Source of the DNA: Promethearchaeota archaeon
GTDB lineage: Archaea > Asgardarchaeota > Lokiarchaeia > Sigyniarchaeales > SOKP01
NCBI GenBank assembly: GCA_048938025.1
Contig: JBHLMP010000007.1
Span: 1-19,780 of the forward strand
Length of the DNA stretch: 19,780 bases
Direction: 5' to 3'
Shown here piece after piece: positions 15,584 through 19,780 of this stretch. A model generated the notes under the pieces. The model was not told the DNA's origin and did not search any database. It saw only the letters and a program-made list of their open reading frames with translations. The number at the start of each line of letters is the position of its first letter. Within the stretch, counting starts at the first letter, position 1. The translations under genes and the position numbers were made by a program.

Positions 15584-17116
15584 TTAATGATCATGATTAC
15601 GGTGATGCTCGTGATGCTCCATTTTAATATTTATCGGTTGTAAATTACCAATTGCCCAACCTGTCACCTCATTAAGTGAAGGATGAATAACCATAGAATG
15701 ATAAATTGGCATAAATGACCCACCTTCTGGACAAGCGCGGGCAACTTTAGGAATATTGACTTGTTCAACAGATTCTGGTAAAACGCAAGTAAATCCTGAA
15801 TTCATCAAATACACAAATGGTTGAACGAGAACGGCTGCATGAGGGCCAACAACATGGGCTCCTAAAATTCTATATGATTTATCAACTATTAATTTAACAA
15901 ATCCATCATCTTTGTCACCAGTTTTAAAACCCATGGCGAAACCTTTTGCTACGGTTGAGTAATTTTTTTTAGCTACATAAATCTCATGCCCTTTTTCTAT
16001 TGCTTCTGCTTGAGTCATTCCAACATGACCGATTTGTGGATAAGTGAAAATCGCCCATGGAACAGAAGAATATTCTACTGAACGCTTTTGATCTTCTGAA
16101 CCAAAAATATTATTAGTGCAAATTTCTGATTCATAATTTGCTTTATGACGAAATTGATACAGACCATTAGCATCACCGATGCACCAAATATTTTTTTTAT
16201 TTGTTTCCAAATATTTATTTGTTTCTATCCAACCTTTCTGATCCTTTTCGACACCAGTATTTTCAACCTTCAATAGATCTGCATTTGAACGTCGACCTGT
16301 AGCTACAAGAATTTCTTCTGCTGTAATTTCAACTTCTTGACCGGTCTCCATATTTCTAGCAATTACTATTTTTGTTTTTTCCTTTAATTTTGCTTTAATT
16401 GCTTTATGATTAACATAGACTTTCATATATTTCTTAAAATTTTGTTCTAAAAATTGACTGATTTCTGGTTCTTCAGTCGTCACTAAACGAGGAAGCATCT
16501 CGATGATTGAGACTTCTGTTCCCATAGCTGAGAATATATGAGCAAATTCCGCGGCAATTACACCTCCTCCAATAATTATAAGACTTTTCCATGGTTGATT
16601 TGGAAATTTGTCACCAAAAAAATTTTCATTAGTAATATAGCCTACATCTTCTAATCCTTCAATTGGAGGAATAAATGATCTCGCTCCAGAGGCGATAACA
16701 AACCTCTCACCTTTAAATTTACCAAGAATCTCCTTTCCATCAGTAGATTTTACTTGCATTTCATATTCTCCCGTAAATTCTCCAACACCTTTATATAATT
16801 TAAAATTGGAAACCTGTGATAAGCCTTCCTCTATCTGCTTACTTTCGTCAATTTGTGTCCACATCCTTTTGGAAATTAAATGCCAGTCGATTTTTTCTAC
16901 ATTAAAATGAACTCCCACTTTAACTGCATGTTGTGCCTCTCTAATCAAATCTGCAGGGTGAACTAAAACTTTTGAAGGTATACAACCCCGAGTTAAACAT
17001 GTCGCTCCTAGTTTTGTATCTTCTACAAGCGCACATTTCATGCCTACCTGGAGACCTACATTTAAAACATTCAATCCTGCTCCACTGCCTATAACAACTA
17101 AATCGTATGATTCCAT
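15584..17116 (-). CDS. Class I pyridine nucleotide-disulfide oxidoreductase (dihydrolipoamide dehydrogenase / mycothione reductase-like)
   Basis: FAD motif VIGSGAG, redox disulfide TCLTRGCIPSK, NAD motif IIGGGVIAAE..E, ATGR, IGDANG, and the C-terminal HPSLNE dyad. His-rich tail. Confidence 0.9.
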   Translation of the reverse strand: MESYDLVVIGSGAGLNVLNVGLQVGMKCALVEDTKLGATCLTRGCIPSKVLVHPADLIREAQHAVKVGVHFNVEKIDWHLISKRMWTQIDESKQIEEGLSQVSNFKLYKGVGEFTGEYEMQVKSTDGKEILGKFKGERFVIASGARSFIPPIEGLEDVGYITNENFFGDKFPNQPWKSLIIIGGGVIAAEFAHIFSAMGTEVSIIEMLPRLVTTEEPEISQFLEQNFKKYMKVYVNHKAIKAKLKEKTKIVIARNMETGQEVEITAEEILVATGRRSNADLLKVENTGVEKDQKGWIETNKYLETNKKNIWCIGDANGLYQFRHKANYESEICTNNIFGSEDQKRSVEYSSVPWAIFTYPQIGHVGMTQAEAIEKGHEIYVAKKNYSTVAKGFAMGFKTGDKDDGFVKLIVDKSYRILGAHVVGPHAAVLVQPFVYLMNSGFTCVLPESVEQVNIPKVARACPEGGSFMPIYHSMVIHPSLNEVTGWAIGNLQPINIKMEHHEHHRNHDH

Positions 17117-17138
17117 AAGTTCATTTTTATTAATATCA

Positions 17139-17153
17139 TTTTTAAAGTTTTTA
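17139..17153 (-). promoter_or_regulatory. Putative BRE/TATA for a leaderless transcript of the disulfide oxidoreductase
   Basis: The minus strand reads AAAAACTTTAAAAA ending about 23 nt before ATG 17116, and no Shine-Dalgarno motif is visible. The AT-rich background makes this weak. Confidence 0.35.
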
Positions 17154-17266
17154 TTAATGATTTAGAAATAAATTCGTAAATGAGTTCAAGCTTATTAATA
17201 AGAGCTTTACGTCTAAGAACATTAAAAAATAATCTTTCAAAAATAATAAAAATATAAAAAATTTAT

Positions 17267-18205
17267 TTAATTTGAACTTTTAATTACTGCCTCTAGCTTT
17301 GGAAAGATTCGAGGATAATGAACTGCCATACAATGGATTCCGCTAAGTAAATTCTTTCTTCTTAATTCTGTAATAAAGGGCTTAAAGAACTCATAATTTG
17401 CTTGATCATAAACCTCATTTTGCATTTTTTTGTCAGTAGAATATTCTGTTTTTATCGATTTCCATTTTGCTAGGATGTCCTTTGGAACAGAAACACCCGG
17501 AACGAATGTATCGAAACCTTTTGCAATTCCATAACTTTTCATAGGAAAAATTCCTAAGAGAACAGGAACTTTATATTTTCCTATTTCAGTTAAAAATTCA
17601 ATGGTTCGATCCAAATCATAAACTACTTGTGTTTGTAAAAATTCAGTACCTGCTTCAGCTTTGCGTCCAATTTTCAAGATTTCTGCTTCCATTGGTTCTG
17701 CATTCGGATTCGCTGCTGCCCCTACATGAAGAGTTGGTGGAGATTCAATTTCATGACCATTAATCTTACCAGTATCGACCATTTCTCTAACTATCTTTAC
17801 TAAAGTAGCGGAATCTAAATCAAAAACAGGTTTGGTTTCAGGCATATCACCTAATGCTGGGTGGTCGCCAGTTAATGAAAGGATGTTCCTTAATCCTAAA
17901 GCATGTCCACCCATAATCATACCAGCAATTCCAAGTTTATTAACATCTCGTACGGTTAATTGCCAAATAACTTCTAAATTTGCTTCTTTTTGAATAATAT
18001 GTGAAGCAGCCATACTATTAATTGTTACGATCCCAAGAGGACTATCTGTCACATTGGCAGCAATAACATAAGGTGCCATATCTTTTGCCTCTTGGATTGT
18101 ATGAGAAAGATCACATGTTTTTTCAGGTTCAAGTTCACCTGTGAGTATGAATTCACCATTTGCAAGTGCTTCTCCTAATTTTGAATATATTTTTGTCTCA
18201 GTCAT
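17267..18205 (-). CDS. metF: 5,10-methylenetetrahydrofolate reductase, MetF subunit
   Basis: GELEPEK, ANVTDSP, QLTVRDVN, NILSLTGD, KPVFDLDS, AGTEFLQTQVVYD and GIHCM motifs. The GGAGGT ribosome-binding site overlaps the metV TAG. Confidence 0.93.
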   Translation of the reverse strand: MTETKIYSKLGEALANGEFILTGELEPEKTCDLSHTIQEAKDMAPYVIAANVTDSPLGIVTINSMAASHIIQKEANLEVIWQLTVRDVNKLGIAGMIMGGHALGLRNILSLTGDHPALGDMPETKPVFDLDSATLVKIVREMVDTGKINGHEIESPPTLHVGAAANPNAEPMEAEILKIGRKAEAGTEFLQTQVVYDLDRTIEFLTEIGKYKVPVLLGIFPMKSYGIAKGFDTFVPGVSVPKDILAKWKSIKTEYSTDKKMQNEVYDQANYEFFKPFITELRRKNLLSGIHCMAVHYPRIFPKLEAVIKSSN

Positions 18206-18219
18206 TCTTTACATACCTC

Positions 18220-18891
18220 CTATCTAAATACAACTTCTTGTTGATGTCCACTTTCAGACCAATCTCTAGCATCACGTAGTTGACTAAATAGATCTAATCT
18301 ACCAATTGCTTTCAAGCGATTAAAAATTAAAACCCAACCGCAATCTTTTTCATAATTACCGACTTCACATTTACCATCAACCATACCACCACAAGGACCG
18401 TTCATGAGACCTTTAGCGCAGGTTGCAATAGGACAAATTCCACCTGTATAATTTAAATAACAATCACCACAGGCTCTACATCGCATATAAAACCTACCGA
18501 TTCTCTCAGTCATACCAATAAATTTTGTGTTATTGGAGACAAGAACTGGTTTTTTTGGATATTTGTTCTCTAGCACCTTTACTATACTCTGAACCCCTAA
18601 TCCACAACTAAGGGTTAAGATTGCTTCAGATTCTTGAATTTCGTCATCAATTTTGCGAAGATCCTTTTTCATAACTCGATTATCACATACATCCTCAGAA
18701 ACTATAACAGCAGTAACCTCATATCCTTTTTCTACTAAAAGGTCATTCCATTCTTTTGCACCTTCTGTCCCTCCAGTTTGACAAAGAGCAGCACAAGTAC
18801 CACAACTTACAATAGCTAATTTCTTGATTTTATAATTTTCCAACGCTTCGATTACTTCTTCAGTTGGTTTTTTTGTTGTTATAACAACCAT
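18220..18891 (-). CDS. metV: Methylene-THF reductase Fe-S/Zn subunit MetV (MTHFR C-terminal-domain family)
   Basis: CGTCAALCQTGG, SCGLGVQ and CRACGDCYLNYTGGICPIATCAKGLMNGPCGG..CEV..CGW. It lies directly upstream of metF. Confidence 0.92.
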   Translation of the reverse strand: MVVITTKKPTEEVIEALENYKIKKLAIVSCGTCAALCQTGGTEGAKEWNDLLVEKGYEVTAVIVSEDVCDNRVMKKDLRKIDDEIQESEAILTLSCGLGVQSIVKVLENKYPKKPVLVSNNTKFIGMTERIGRFYMRCRACGDCYLNYTGGICPIATCAKGLMNGPCGGMVDGKCEVGNYEKDCGWVLIFNRLKAIGRLDLFSQLRDARDWSESGHQQEVVFR

Positions 18892-19280
18892 TTTAAGTTA
18901 ACCATATTTATTTATATTCTATAAAGATATCCTTAAAAAGGGAAATTAACAAATACATAAAAAATTAATTATTATTTTTTATCATATTTATTAAATTGCA
19001 TAGTTCGAAAAGACTAAATTTATTATTATATTGATAAAAATCATATTCATTTTGTAAGAATTATACACTTTTGTTGCTTTTAGAAAGATAATTAATGAAA
19101 TTTAATCATATTATTTTTCAAATTAAGTAATTAATTTATAGAAAAGTTAAAGAAAAAAAGAAATCTAAAAGGAGGCTAAGGGTAACTATAAATTCTTCAA
19201 AAAATAGTATTATTGAGATAATAAGTTGAGCGAATTTATTATTTTTAGAAAAAAAGGAAAAAAAGAAAAGTCAAAATTAT

Positions 19281-19780
19281 TTATAGTAATGCTGGTAAAA
19301 TCCTTGCCAGAGGAACTGCTAAACCGCCGATTAATGAGCCAATAGAACTGAATTTTTTAAGATAATCCTTAACATTTTTTGTAACTTTTACTGTTCTCGT
19401 CTTACCCTCGATAATTGTACCATCTGAAGAGAGTAGAAAGATTTGGACTGTTTGTTCTCCTGTTTCTCTTGGTTCTAAGGTTAACCATGTTGTGTCCCCA
19501 TTCTCTAACATCGAAGATAACACACCAGCAATATCAGTACTCCCAGAAGAAATTAATGGTATAGGCTTATCAGGAATCATAAATGTACCACGCCCTTCAA
19601 CTTTAATGTCAAGAACCATCTCAGTAGGATCAAATCCAGGTGCCACTATTTTTACAGTATACTTTTTACTTTCAGGGGCGTTATTGTAAAGAAAAACCAT
19701 TATATTTAACTCAGAATTTAGGTAAACAACTTCCTGTGCTGTTGAATCCATATATATTGGATCTTTTGACATCCGTTCAA
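19281..19780 (-). CDS. 3' part of a hypothetical protein (beta-rich, possibly Ig-like domain, with amphipathic/hydrophobic C-terminus), probably truncated by the window edge
   Basis: The frame stays open upstream of ATG 19772 (CGG, GAA) to the window end. Alternating beta-strand-like segments, ending SIGSLIGGLAVPLARILPALL. Confidence 0.7.
   Translation of the reverse strand, partial: ERMSKDPIYMDSTAQEVVYLNSELNIMVFLYNNAPESKKYTVKIVAPGFDPTEMVLDIKVEGRGTFMIPDKPIPLISSGSTDIAGVLSSMLENGDTTWLTLEPRETGEQTVQIFLLSSDGTIIEGKTRTVKVTKNVKDYLKKFSSIGSLIGGLAVPLARILPALL

Noticed and set aside
19492-19689. 65-aa plus-strand ORF
   Set aside because: It is antisense to the longer minus-strand CDS.
1-19780. CRISPR array, IS element, rRNA or pyrrolysine-containing methyltransferase
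   Set aside because: I saw no regularly spaced repeats, transposase motifs, long GC-rich structural RNA or in-frame TAG-split methylamine methyltransferase.

Overview
This is a very AT-rich archaeal chromosomal window, most likely from an Asgard archaeon of the Lokiarchaeia type. That assignment is an inference from the gene set, archaeal TATA and GGTGA-type ribosome-binding signals, a Loki-CTERM-like sorting tail and a small CxxC protein. From left to right it holds an intron-less tRNA-Pro(TGG), two hypothetical genes and an FwdF-like polyferredoxin. Next comes a minus-strand heat-shock/proteostasis cluster (hsp20, cdc48, a Phr/HSR1-like ArsR regulator and an HExxH protein) with a candidate operator over its start site, followed by a secreted, C-terminally anchored DUF3160 protein and a small zinc-finger protein. 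The right half is a one-carbon/methyl-transfer neighbourhood. It contains a MesC-like core methionine synthase divergent from an MtaA/CmuA-type methyltransferase and a corrinoid protein, an apparently orphan N6-adenine DNA methyltransferase, an Lpd/mycothione-reductase-like disulfide oxidoreductase, metF and metV. The window ends in a partial gene. The most notable observations are: (1) one gene needs, and a second probably uses, an ATT start codon behind a normal Shine-Dalgarno-like motif; (2) a possible modular corrinoid-dependent methionine/methyl relay; (3) an identical 33-nt block shared by both Cdc48 Walker A regions; (4) a Cdc48-linked metallopeptidase. No CRISPR array, transposase or integrase was seen.
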